From Gemmatimonadota bacterium (lineage in GTDB: Bacteria > Gemmatimonadota > Gemmatimonadetes > Gemmatimonadales > GWC2-71-9): DNA of 37,160 nucleotides. The stretch lies in contig JBDHAB010000039.1 in assembly GCA_039588295.1 (NCBI GenBank), positions 1 to 37,160 on the forward strand. Reading direction: 5' to 3'. Below the pieces are notes generated by a model. The model did not search any database, was not told the DNA's origin, and saw only the letters and a program-made list of their open reading frames with translations. Positions 18,549 to 27,195 of this stretch are shown here, in pieces (the stretch's first letter is position 1; every line of letters starts with the position of its first letter). Both the position numbers and the translations under genes were made by a program.

Positions 18549-20536
18549 CAGCTCCCGCCTCTCTGTAGCTGGATCCGCAGCGTCAGCGTGTCACCCGCCA
18601 CCAGGGTCACCACCGTATCCACTGTGATGTAGTCGCGTGCCTCAAAGCGAACGGTATGCGTACCGGGAAGAGCCGACGCGTCCTGCCAGCGGGTGTGCTC
18701 CGCCACCAGGGCATCGTCGACGAATATCCGCGCCCGCGGCCGCACGTTGACTCGCAGGAGGCTCAACGCCGGAGGTTGTGCGGGCTGCGCCCGTTCCTCT
18801 GGCGGAGCGACCCGTATCGTCCGCGCGTCGAAGGCGAGCCGCGTGGAAGCACCCGCCCGGATTCTCACCGTCTTATCGAAGGCCTCGAACCCTTCGGCAC
18901 TGACGACGACGCGATGCCGTCCGACCGACAGCTCGATCGGATTCGCCGTCCGTCGCTGGTTGTCCACCCGCACGACGGCACCGGGAGGCAGATTGGTGAT
19001 CCTCACGAATCCGGTGGTCGGAGGTGGCGGCGCGGCCGGCTGCTCGGTCGGCTGTTCGGTGCCGGTCTCTTCGTCTCCGGCGGCCCCGGTGTCGCCCAGT
19101 TCCCCACCCAACCCGGCGGTCTCCGAGTCGGCAGCGGCAAGCGCCAGCGCGCTCTCGGCAGGTGTGAGCGCCCCCGGGTCCCCGCCCGTGGGTCCCTGAG
19201 TGAGCGTCGTTTCCTCACCGGCCCCCGTCCGTGAGGCCGACGGTGCCCCCGGTCCCTGCGTGAACCACCACCAGGCACCGCCTCCGCCCCCGATCAGCGC
19301 AAAGGCGAGGAACGCGAACACGAACCCCTTCTTGCCGCGCCGCTCTCTCGGCATCCCCGTCAGGATCGGGGATGCCGAGCGACCGGCGCCCGACGGAGTC
19401 ACCCCAGAGGGCTGTGGCGTCTGCGGCGTCGCGTCCAGCGGGACCGTAGCAGCCGACCCGGGCGTGTCCCTTGTGACGGGCGTGGTCTCGGCGGGACTCG
19501 CCGGGGTCGCGGCAGACGCCAGGGGAGCCTCCGAGACCTCATCCGTGGCTACCACGACCGTCTCCTGCTCCCCAAACGTCATCTCGGGGGCTGGTTCGCG
19601 GAGTGCCTGTACCAGCGCCGACACATGCAAGAACCGACTTGCAGGTTTCTTCTCGAGTGACTTGTGGACCGCCCAGTACACGTGGTCCGGGAACCCGCTC
19701 ATGACTTCTTTCATCTTGGGCGGCGGGATCATGCAATGCTTGTGGAGAATCTCGACCGCCGATTCGCCCTCGAACGGGACGTGGCCCGTCAGCATGCGGT
19801 ACGCCATGACTCCCACCGAGTACTGGTCGGCGGCGCCGGTCACCGGCCGACCCATGCCTTGTTCCGGCGACATGTAGTACGGTGTGCCGACCACCGACCC
19901 CGATGCGGTCAGGGTCCCCTCAGTGAGCGCTTTTGCAATGCCGAAGTCGGTGACGATGACGCGGTAGCGCGAGTCGAGCATGACGTTGGCGGGCTTGACG
20001 TCCCGATGGATCACCTGGTGCTCGTGTGCGTAGTCGAGCGCATTGGCGACTTGGGAGAGAATGTCGATCGTCTCACCGAGCGAAAGGCGCCCTTTCTCTC
20101 GCAGCAACTCGTCGAGCGAGCGGCCTTCGAGGTATTTCATCGCGTACCAGAAGATCTTCCCCCCGGACGCGACGCGATAAATCGGGATGATATTGGGGTG
20201 GTCGAGCGCCGCAGCCGTCTTCGCTTCCCGCTTGAAGCGCTCAACGCCATGTCCAAACGTCAACTCCGGCGGGAGAACTTTTATTGCGACCTTGCGTGCG
20301 AGGTGCACCTCGGTGGCGAGATACACCACCGCCATTCCACCCTTGCCTAGCGGGCCCTCAATCCTGAACTCCCCCTCGGTGTCCTTGCGAAGCAGTTCCT
20401 CCATATGAAGGAAGGCGGCCTCGTCCATGGATCCGGTGGCGGCCGCCTGTCCTTCCGCATCAGAAACCTGAGAACCGCAATGATGACAGAACTTCGCGTT
20501 TTCAGGGATTGGAGTGGCACATTGGGCGCATTTCAT
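18548..20536 (-). CDS. Hanks-type Ser/Thr protein kinase with N-terminal zinc ribbon, TM helix and extracytoplasmic PEGA domains
   Basis: CAQC...CHHC; LGKGGMAVVY, VAIK, HRDVKPAN, DFG, GTPYYMSPEQ; TM FVFAFLAFALIG; start set at ATG 20536. Confidence 0.92.
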   Translation of the reverse strand: MKCAQCATPIPENAKFCHHCGSQVSDAEGQAAATGSMDEAAFLHMEELLRKDTEGEFRIEGPLGKGGMAVVYLATEVHLARKVAIKVLPPELTFGHGVERFKREAKTAAALDHPNIIPIYRVASGGKIFWYAMKYLEGRSLDELLREKGRLSLGETIDILSQVANALDYAHEHQVIHRDVKPANVMLDSRYRVIVTDFGIAKALTEGTLTASGSVVGTPYYMSPEQGMGRPVTGAADQYSVGVMAYRMLTGHVPFEGESAVEILHKHCMIPPPKMKEVMSGFPDHVYWAVHKSLEKKPASRFLHVSALVQALREPAPEMTFGEQETVVVATDEVSEAPLASAATPASPAETTPVTRDTPGSAATVPLDATPQTPQPSGVTPSGAGRSASPILTGMPRERRGKKGFVFAFLAFALIGGGGGAWWWFTQGPGAPSASRTGAGEETTLTQGPTGGDPGALTPAESALALAAADSETAGLGGELGDTGAAGDEETGTEQPTEQPAAPPPPTTGFVRITNLPPGAVVRVDNQRRTANPIELSVGRHRVVVSAEGFEAFDKTVRIRAGASTRLAFDARTIRVAPPEERAQPAQPPALSLLRVNVRPRARIFVDDALVAEHTRWQDASALPGTHTVRFEARDYITVDTVVTLVAGDTLTLRIQLQRGGS

Positions 20537-20786
20537 TCCTAGGCGCCTCAAATCCTGGCATGGGGGCGATATTGAGCTGCTGGGCCTACAACGGTTGCAA
20601 GTTGCGGCCCGGCGGTGAATGCGTCAAGTGAATCGTAACGTTTTGTGAATCTGACAGTTGCCGGTACGCGGCCGAGCGGCAGGCCCTCTGGCGCGGCGCT
20701 CACGCACCACCGAATGGGCCGCCGTGGCGCTGCCGCCACACCACCCCGAAGCAGGGCCCTGTGGCTGGCCTGCCGTGGTCTTCAGG

Positions 20787-21266
20787 TCAGTTGTGGGGTG
20801 GGGAGCCGAGGATCTGGCCGGAGCGACGTGCCCGGCCAAGCTGTTTGAGGTCCCGCTTCGCGAGCCGAGCCCGTCGCCCGAAATACAGGAACGGCACAAG
20901 CGCCCCGGCCCCCACGGAACCGGCGATGATCACCTTGGCCAGGGACGCGCCCTCCGGTCCCAGGGCCAGCCACAGCGCAACGAGCTCCGCCGCGATGATG
21001 ACCCCGCCGAAGCTGTCGCGCAGGTACGCCATGTCCTTGCGATAGACATCCAGGGTCTGCTCCGTATCGGTCTCGATGGCCCCCGCGGCCACGAGCTCAC
21101 CTTCGTTGGAGTAGATCGCCCCACACTGATTGCAGACGCGCAACTGACCGGTGAACAGACTGCGAACTCCCTGCCACCAGTAGCGGCTCCACCGTAGTCG
21201 CCGCACGGGTTTTCGCAGGATCTCGAGGTCGTGACCACAGCGCTCGCAGCGATCCGATACGGTCAT
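20787..21266 (-). CDS. Hypothetical zinc-ribbon membrane protein
   Basis: CERC...CNQC plus two TM segments. Confidence 0.7.
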   Translation of the reverse strand: MTVSDRCERCGHDLEILRKPVRRLRWSRYWWQGVRSLFTGQLRVCNQCGAIYSNEGELVAAGAIETDTEQTLDVYRKDMAYLRDSFGGVIIAAELVALWLALGPEGASLAKVIIAGSVGAGALVPFLYFGRRARLAKRDLKQLGRARRSGQILGSPPHN

Positions 21267-21307
21267 GCTTCACTCACTACGGTATGTCTCCCGTTGCAGT
21301 TGCACCG

Positions 21308-22147
21308 TCACCCGGTCTGCGTCCGGAACAACTCCAGCAGACGACCTGCGACAGGCCCAGGCGTGCCATCGGCGACTCGGTTCCCGTCCACCGAGACGAT
21401 CGGCATGAGCTCCAGTGTCGTCCCAGCGAGGAATAACTCGCCAGCATCCGGGAGCGCCTCAACGAAGATCGGTGCCTCGCGGACGGGTATGTTATGCTCG
21501 ACGCACAGGTCGATGGTTGTCTGCCGGGTGATGCTGGGGAGGATGTAGTTGCTGCGCGGCGCGGTCTGCACGACTCCATCGAAGACGCCGAAGAAACCGG
21601 TGTGTGTCCCCTCCAGCACGACACCGTCGCGAACCAGCAGTGCCTCGACGGCGTCCTGTTCCAGTGCGAGCTGCGCCGCGAGGCAATTGGCGAGTAACGA
21701 TACGGACTTGATGTCGCACCGGGTCCATCGCCGGTCGGGAGCGGTGATGACCGAAACGCCGACGGCCGGATCGGCGCGGGTCTCGAACGGCTTGGTCGTC
21801 GCATAGACGGTTGGGGTGACGGGCGGATTGGGAAACGCGTGCGTGCGGGGTGCGACGCCCCGTGTGACCTGCATGTACACCAGCGCATCGGTTGAGTCGA
21901 GCCCGTTGCGATTGAGGAGCTCCTGGCACACCGGGCCCAGCTCCGCCGCCGTAACGCCCTCGATGCGGAGCGCGCGCATGCCGTCACCCAGGCGGCGCAG
22001 ATGAGGCTCCAGCGCGAAGAACGACCCACCGTAACTCCGCACGACTTCGTAGACCCCGTCCGCAAACAGGAACCCTCGATCGTCGGGAGACAGCCGCACG
22101 TTTTCCTTCGGCATAAACGCGCCGTTGAAGTACACAATAGGCGTCAT
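21308..22147 (-). CDS. dat: Class IV PLP aminotransferase, D-amino-acid transaminase-like
   Basis: DDRGFLFADGVYEV, YMQVTRG..PRTH, RCDIKS (PLP Lys), EGTHT, ILPSITR, ELFLAGTT. Confidence 0.85.
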   Translation of the reverse strand: MTPIVYFNGAFMPKENVRLSPDDRGFLFADGVYEVVRSYGGSFFALEPHLRRLGDGMRALRIEGVTAAELGPVCQELLNRNGLDSTDALVYMQVTRGVAPRTHAFPNPPVTPTVYATTKPFETRADPAVGVSVITAPDRRWTRCDIKSVSLLANCLAAQLALEQDAVEALLVRDGVVLEGTHTGFFGVFDGVVQTAPRSNYILPSITRQTTIDLCVEHNIPVREAPIFVEALPDAGELFLAGTTLELMPIVSVDGNRVADGTPGPVAGRLLELFRTQTG

Positions 22148-22150
22148 CGA

Positions 22151-22807
22151 TCACATCCAGTACTTGCATCCACGGGTGAAGGGGGTTCCCCGTGGATCGT
22201 GGAATCGAATGAACTCGCGGTACCGTTCACGGAGACGAATATAACGGCGATCGTCGGTCGGGATGGGACAATGATCGATTTCGAGGAGATGACGCTCCAC
22301 CTTCCATACGTTCCGGGTGGAGAGCCGCCAATCGCAGCGGCCCAGGTCACGCAGGTCGACCAACGCGAAGGCCAGGAGCCGGGCTTCGAGATCGATGTAG
22401 GGTTCGTAGTAGCTTCGCGCGAGCGATGCCGGTGAGCGGAACACGGGTCTCCGGCCCCACAGACCCTGGTCTCGCGATGCGCCGACGGCGCCCCAGCGGC
22501 CCCCGTGCCGGAAAGCGAACACCACATGATCTAACTGGTCTTGCGATTCGAGATCGAGCAACAGTGGCGGATGGCCGTGCTGCTCGAGCACGGTGGCGGC
22601 CGAGAGCGCCGCTTCGATGCAGTGGGCCATCCGATATCGAACGACACCTCGGAACGACCGCAATGTGGACCCCCCCGCTTCCACGTTATATGCAAGGGAC
22701 CGGAGCCAATGCTGCACCGCACGCGGCGTGCGGTGCCGTGCAATGACCCGCCGCTCGGGTGGAAGAAACGAAAGCCCCTGCGCGGGAGAAGTCTCGGCCC
22801 TAGCCAT
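22151..22807 (-). CDS. Vasohibin-like transglutaminase-fold cysteine peptidase
   Basis: VQHWLRSLAYN, HCIEA (C63), DHVV (H94), GRWGAVGASR (S111/R112), L116, RPVFRS..SL. Confidence 0.7.
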   Translation of the reverse strand: MARAETSPAQGLSFLPPERRVIARHRTPRAVQHWLRSLAYNVEAGGSTLRSFRGVVRYRMAHCIEAALSAATVLEQHGHPPLLLDLESQDQLDHVVFAFRHGGRWGAVGASRDQGLWGRRPVFRSPASLARSYYEPYIDLEARLLAFALVDLRDLGRCDWRLSTRNVWKVERHLLEIDHCPIPTDDRRYIRLRERYREFIRFHDPRGTPFTRGCKYWM

Positions 22808-22860
22808 CCCGGCAACCGTTCGGAGTCCGTGCGCGTTGGGTGGTCATCGCGCCACGCCCG

Positions 22861-23250
22861 CTAGCGACGACCAGACAGGGCAGCCCAGAGGAAGAACCCC
22901 CAGCCGGCGAGAAAGCACACTCCGCCCACCGGCGTTATGGCACCCCACCATCGCGTTCCGGTCAGCGACAGGAGGTAGAGACTTCCGGAAAAGACAGCGG
23001 TTCCGGCAACGAAGAACCATCCAGCCCACAGGGCTTGGGGCCCGGCCCAACGTCCATAGCCCGCAACCGCGAGGAGGATGGCGAGGGCATGGTACATCTG
23101 GTAGCGCGCGCCGGTCTCGAAGACGGTGAGCAGGTCCGGCGTGAGCCGCTCGCGTAAGGCGTGCGCCCCGAACGCCCCCGCCGCAACGCTCAGCAGCGCC
23201 GAGAGTGCTCCGATGGCGGCGAGGAGCCGTACCGTCGTCATGTCCTTCAC
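22861..23250 (-). CDS. DUF423 (YgdD/TMEM256) membrane protein
   Basis: GAFGAH, FETGARYQMYHALA, FSGSLY, GAITPVGG. Confidence 0.93.
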   Translation of the reverse strand: MKDMTTVRLLAAIGALSALLSVAAGAFGAHALRERLTPDLLTVFETGARYQMYHALAILLAVAGYGRWAGPQALWAGWFFVAGTAVFSGSLYLLSLTGTRWWGAITPVGGVCFLAGWGFFLWAALSGRR

Positions 23251-23271
23251 CCAGGCCCCCTTGAAGATCGA

Positions 23272-24690
23272 TTACACCGAACGCAACCACAGGACGAGCG
23301 TGATGATTGCGATCGCGAGGAAGTTCAGACCGAGGCCGGCTCGTGCCATGTTTCGCGGAGCGACGAGACGCGAGCCGAATACAATCGCATTGGGTGGGGT
23401 GGCGACAGGCAGCATGAACGCCATGGAGGCCGCCAGGGCGGCGGTGGTCATGAGCGGAAGGGCATCCACTCCGAGCCCCTCGGCCACACCCGCCATGAGT
23501 GGCATCCCCAGCGCCGCCGTCGCCGTATTACTGGTGAGCTCGGTCAGGAACACGAAGAGACCGGCGGTTACAACCATGACGAGCGGAAGCGGGACTCCCC
23601 GCAAGCCAATGAGCCGGCCGCCAAGCCATTCGGTGAGCCCCGAGACTTCAAACGCACTCGCCAAGGCCAGGCCGCCGCCAAACAGCAGCAGCACACCCCA
23701 GGGGACCTGGCGCGCCGTGTCCCAGTTCAGGGCTGCGGGGAAACGCTGACGCCGGAGTGGCACGACGAACAACACGAGCGCTGCGGCCACCGCGATCGCT
23801 GCGTCCGAGATGCCGGGAACGAAGTCCGAAAGCCCGGGGATCCGCCATTCGCCGATGACCTTTGGCGCTCGGAGGATCCAGGCCGCAGCCGTGAGCCCGA
23901 ACACCACGAGCACGAAGCGCTCCCCGGTGCGCATCGTTCCCAAGTTGGCGTGCTCGTCATCGATGCGCTGCGCCAGACCCGGAATCGTGCCGCGCACGGC
24001 GAACATTCGTACGAGAAGGAGCCAGCACCCCAGCAGCATGGGGATCGTGATGGGGAGACCGATCATCATCCACTTGGCGAACCCGATGTCTTCGCCCAGC
24101 AGCTCACGGGCGGCACCGGCGAGAATGGCGTTGGGTGGAGTCCCGATCAACGTCGACACCCCGCCGATCGATGCGCCATACGCACAGCCCAGGAGCAGGG
24201 CAGTGGGGAATCCACGGTTCTGGACGTTCGCCTGGCCCGCGCCAACCACGGCCATCGCGATGGGCAGCATCATCACGGTGGTGGCGGTGTTGGAGATCCA
24301 CATGCTCGCGACGGCTGACGCAAGCATGAACGCGAGGACGACTTTCGGCGCGTCCGTTCCCACGGCGCGCACCGTCGCTAAGGCGAACCGCTTGTGCAGG
24401 TCCCACCGCTCCAACGTCGCCGCCATGAAGAACCCGCCGAGAAACAAGAAGATGATGGGGTCGGCGTACGACACAGTGACCGCGCCGACTGGCGCAACGC
24501 CGAGCACCGGAAGGAGGACGATCGGCAGCAGCGACGTGGCCTCCAATGGAACGACGGACGAAAGCCACCAGATCGCCATCCATCCAGCCACGCCGGCAAC
24601 CAGCCATGCCGGGCCCGGAAGTCCTGCCGGCTCGGGGAGCACCAGGGTGGCGACGAACCAGATCGGCCCAGCCAGGAGCGCGATCCGCAT
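23272..24690 (-). CDS. DASS/SLC13 family Na+-coupled di/tricarboxylate symporter
   Basis: YADPIIFLFLGGF, SMWISNTAT, GTPPNA, PWGVLLLFGGG, TELTSNTAT, FMLPVATPPNAIV; start at ATG 24690 (TGATG overlap). Confidence 0.92.
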   Translation of the reverse strand: MRIALLAGPIWFVATLVLPEPAGLPGPAWLVAGVAGWMAIWWLSSVVPLEATSLLPIVLLPVLGVAPVGAVTVSYADPIIFLFLGGFFMAATLERWDLHKRFALATVRAVGTDAPKVVLAFMLASAVASMWISNTATTVMMLPIAMAVVGAGQANVQNRGFPTALLLGCAYGASIGGVSTLIGTPPNAILAGAARELLGEDIGFAKWMMIGLPITIPMLLGCWLLLVRMFAVRGTIPGLAQRIDDEHANLGTMRTGERFVLVVFGLTAAAWILRAPKVIGEWRIPGLSDFVPGISDAAIAVAAALVLFVVPLRRQRFPAALNWDTARQVPWGVLLLFGGGLALASAFEVSGLTEWLGGRLIGLRGVPLPLVMVVTAGLFVFLTELTSNTATAALGMPLMAGVAEGLGVDALPLMTTAALAASMAFMLPVATPPNAIVFGSRLVAPRNMARAGLGLNFLAIAIITLVLWLRSV

Positions 24691-25580
24691 CACAATTGGG
24701 GAAACAGCTCGAGCGGGGTCTGCCGGGTAATGCGCTGCTTCAACGCGTCGGAAAGTGGCAGCGCGAGGAACTGATCGAGGTTCTTCCGCAGATCGTCCAC
24801 CCCGGGGCTCGGCCAGTCGGTGCCCCATACAACCCGGTCGCCGATTTCCGCGAGCCGCGGGAAATAGTCGAGCAGTCGCTTCGGTGGAATCCCGGAGAGT
24901 TCGAGATACACGTTCTTGTGCCGACGCAGAATGAAGAACGCTTCGTCCATCCACAGAGGGCGGCCGCCGTGCGCCATCAGGATGGTCAGGTCGGGGAAGT
25001 CGATCGCAACATCGTCGAGTTCCATCGGCCGTCCGTACTTGCTCCGCGCTCCGGGAAAGATGCTCGTTCCGGTGTGGATCATCACGGGGAGACCGCGTTC
25101 CTCGCACCGTCGATAGATACGCCCCAATGCCTCCAGTCCCAGCGTGTAGGCATTGGCGGGAAAGACCTGATGCGGCGGGTGGATCTTGAGGCAGCGGATG
25201 CCGAGGTCGAGCAGCGCTTCAACCTGTCCTTCCGGGTCCTCCGTGAACCGGGGATGGACGCCGCCGTACGGCAGGAGCCGATCGGGCGCGGCCGCTGCGT
25301 ACCGGGCCGCAAACGCGTTCGTCTCGTCGGTGAATCCCATCAGATCGGGACTCGGATAGTTCACGAGCCCCGCGCGCCACACGCCCGCCGCGTCAAGGAT
25401 GTCGAGCAGCGCCTGTGGGTCTTCCATGAGGGCGAGCAGGCGCTCCCAGTGATCCTCCTTGCCCCGGCGCATCGCGGCGGTCACATCGGGTTTCAACTGC
25501 CGCCACGGCTGGATGTGGACGTGGAGATCCGACACCCCGGACAGGTCACTGCCCGCCGTGCCCTGCTGACGCTCCGTCAC
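24690..25580 (-). CDS. Amidohydrolase_2 family metal-dependent hydrolase/decarboxylase
   Basis: DLHVH, KIHPPHQ, IHTG, AHGG, WGTDWP. Confidence 0.9.
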   Translation of the reverse strand: MTERQQGTAGSDLSGVSDLHVHIQPWRQLKPDVTAAMRRGKEDHWERLLALMEDPQALLDILDAAGVWRAGLVNYPSPDLMGFTDETNAFAARYAAAAPDRLLPYGGVHPRFTEDPEGQVEALLDLGIRCLKIHPPHQVFPANAYTLGLEALGRIYRRCEERGLPVMIHTGTSIFPGARSKYGRPMELDDVAIDFPDLTILMAHGGRPLWMDEAFFILRRHKNVYLELSGIPPKRLLDYFPRLAEIGDRVVWGTDWPSPGVDDLRKNLDQFLALPLSDALKQRITRQTPLELFPQL

Positions 25581-26359
25581 TTGCCGGTGAATTCGGCTTT
25601 CCGCTTCTCGAGAAACGCCCTGACGCCTTCCTCTTTGTCTTCCGTGGAGAAAGCGAGGCCGAACAGCGTGGTCTCGAGTCGGACACCCTCATCGAGCGGC
25701 ATGCGCACCGAAGCGCGCACGGCCTCCTTGATGAACTGCAGCGCCGCCGGGCTCTTGTCCGCGATGGCGTCGGCGAGCTCACGCACGCGGGTCATCAGTT
25801 GATCGTGAGGGACAACTTCGTCCACCAAACCGATACGGAGCGCTTCGTCGGCCCGGACCATGTCTCCCGTGTAGAGGAGCTTGTACGCCGTGCCGAGCCC
25901 GACGAGGCGTGGTAATCGCTGGGTGCCTCCTCCGCCCGGCAGGATGCCGAGGCTGATCTCCGGCTGACCCAGCTTGGCCTTGTCGGACGCAATGCGGATG
26001 TCGCAGGCCATGGCGAGTTCACAGCCACCGCCGAGGGCAAAGCCATTGACGGCCGCGATGACCGGCTTGGGACACTTCTCCGGCGCTTCGAAGATCCCGA
26101 AGGCCTTCGTGACCTGGAATTGGTCGTAGCCTGAACGGCCGGCAAACTCCTTGATATCCGCACCGGCGACGAATGCCTTCTCTCCGGCCCCGGTCACAAT
26201 GACGACGCGGACGTCTTCATTCTGTCCCAGCGCTTCGAGGGCCGTGACGAAATCGCCGCGGACCTTGGCGTTCAGCGCGTTCAGCTTGTCGGGTCGATTA
26301 ATGGTGACGGTCGCCACGCGGCCGTCGATGTCGGTCAGGACGACGGGTTGCTCGGCCAT
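25577..26359 (-). CDS. Enoyl-CoA hydratase (crotonase, PaaF-like)
   Basis: AFVAGADI, GFALGGGCELA, QPEISLGILPGGGGTQRL; both catalytic Glu present. Confidence 0.9.
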   Translation of the reverse strand: MAEQPVVLTDIDGRVATVTINRPDKLNALNAKVRGDFVTALEALGQNEDVRVVIVTGAGEKAFVAGADIKEFAGRSGYDQFQVTKAFGIFEAPEKCPKPVIAAVNGFALGGGCELAMACDIRIASDKAKLGQPEISLGILPGGGGTQRLPRLVGLGTAYKLLYTGDMVRADEALRIGLVDEVVPHDQLMTRVRELADAIADKSPAALQFIKEAVRASVRMPLDEGVRLETTLFGLAFSTEDKEEGVRAFLEKRKAEFTGK

Positions 26360-27195
26360 TCGTAGAACCCCTTCCCGGTTTTCTTCCCCAGTTCACCCGC
26401 CTCGACCTTGCGGCGGAGGATGTCGGGCGGTGCATAGTGCGCTCCGCCAAGCTCTCGATGCAAATATTCGGCAATCTTCAGGCGCACGTCGAGTCCCACG
26501 AGATCGCTCACTCGCAAGGGGCCCATGGGATGACCGTAGCCGAGCTGCAAGGCCTTGTCGATATCCTCGGCGCTTGCCACCCCTTCCTCGACCATGCGCA
26601 TCGCTTCCAGTCCGAGCACGATTCCCAGCCGCGACGATGCGAAACCCGGCCGATCGTCCACGACGATCGGCTCCTTCCCCATCCGCTTCGTCAGCGCGTG
26701 CGCGCGCGCAACGGCTTCCTCGCTCGTCCCAGGATGCACGACCAGCTCAACCAGCTTCATGATGTGCACCGGGTTGAAGAAATGCATGCCGAGCACGCGG
26801 TCGGGTCGGCCGGTCGCCGCCGCGATCTTCGTGACGGAAAGCGACGATGTATTGGTCGCAAGGATGCTCCCGGTTGGCGTGCAACCCTCCAGCTCGGCGA
26901 ACAGGGTCCGCTTGGCGTCCAGATCTTCGACAATCGCCTCGATCACGACGTCGGCGTCGCGAACCGCGACGTGCAGGTCGGGTTCCAGACGAATTCGGTC
27001 GAGCGCGGCCGTCGCGACCTCCGCCGCGAGCTTCCCCCGTTTCACCCCACCCTCGAGGTTGTGCTTGATCCGACCCAAGGCTTCACTGAGCGCATCCGAC
27101 GCCGCATCCGTGAGCGTCGTGTCGCACCCGGCGACTGCGGCGACGTGTGCGATCCCGTGTCCCATGGTCCCGGCACCGATCACGGCGACGCGCAT
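26335..27195 (-). CDS. 3-hydroxyacyl-CoA dehydrogenase (PaaH-like)
   Basis: GAGTMG, VIEAIVE, ATNTSSL, GMHFFNP, HPMGPL, GKKTGKGFY. Confidence 0.92.
   Translation of the reverse strand: MRVAVIGAGTMGHGIAHVAAVAGCDTTLTDAASDALSEALGRIKHNLEGGVKRGKLAAEVATAALDRIRLEPDLHVAVRDADVVIEAIVEDLDAKRTLFAELEGCTPTGSILATNTSSLSVTKIAAATGRPDRVLGMHFFNPVHIMKLVELVVHPGTSEEAVARAHALTKRMGKEPIVVDDRPGFASSRLGIVLGLEAMRMVEEGVASAEDIDKALQLGYGHPMGPLRVSDLVGLDVRLKIAEYLHRELGGAHYAPPDILRRKVEAGELGKKTGKGFYEWPSNPSS

Noticed and set aside
20552..20786. Structured ncRNA in the gap upstream of the kinase (CGGCAGGCC/GGCCTGCCG, GCTGGGCC/GGCCCGGC)
   Set aside because: Stems are short and almost all G/C, compatible with chance or a terminator; no extra support
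24691..25107. N-terminal extensions in the ORF track (DASS to 25107; also crotonase to 28981 and PaaB to 33581)
   Set aside because: They overlap upstream genes; internal starts give normal-length proteins
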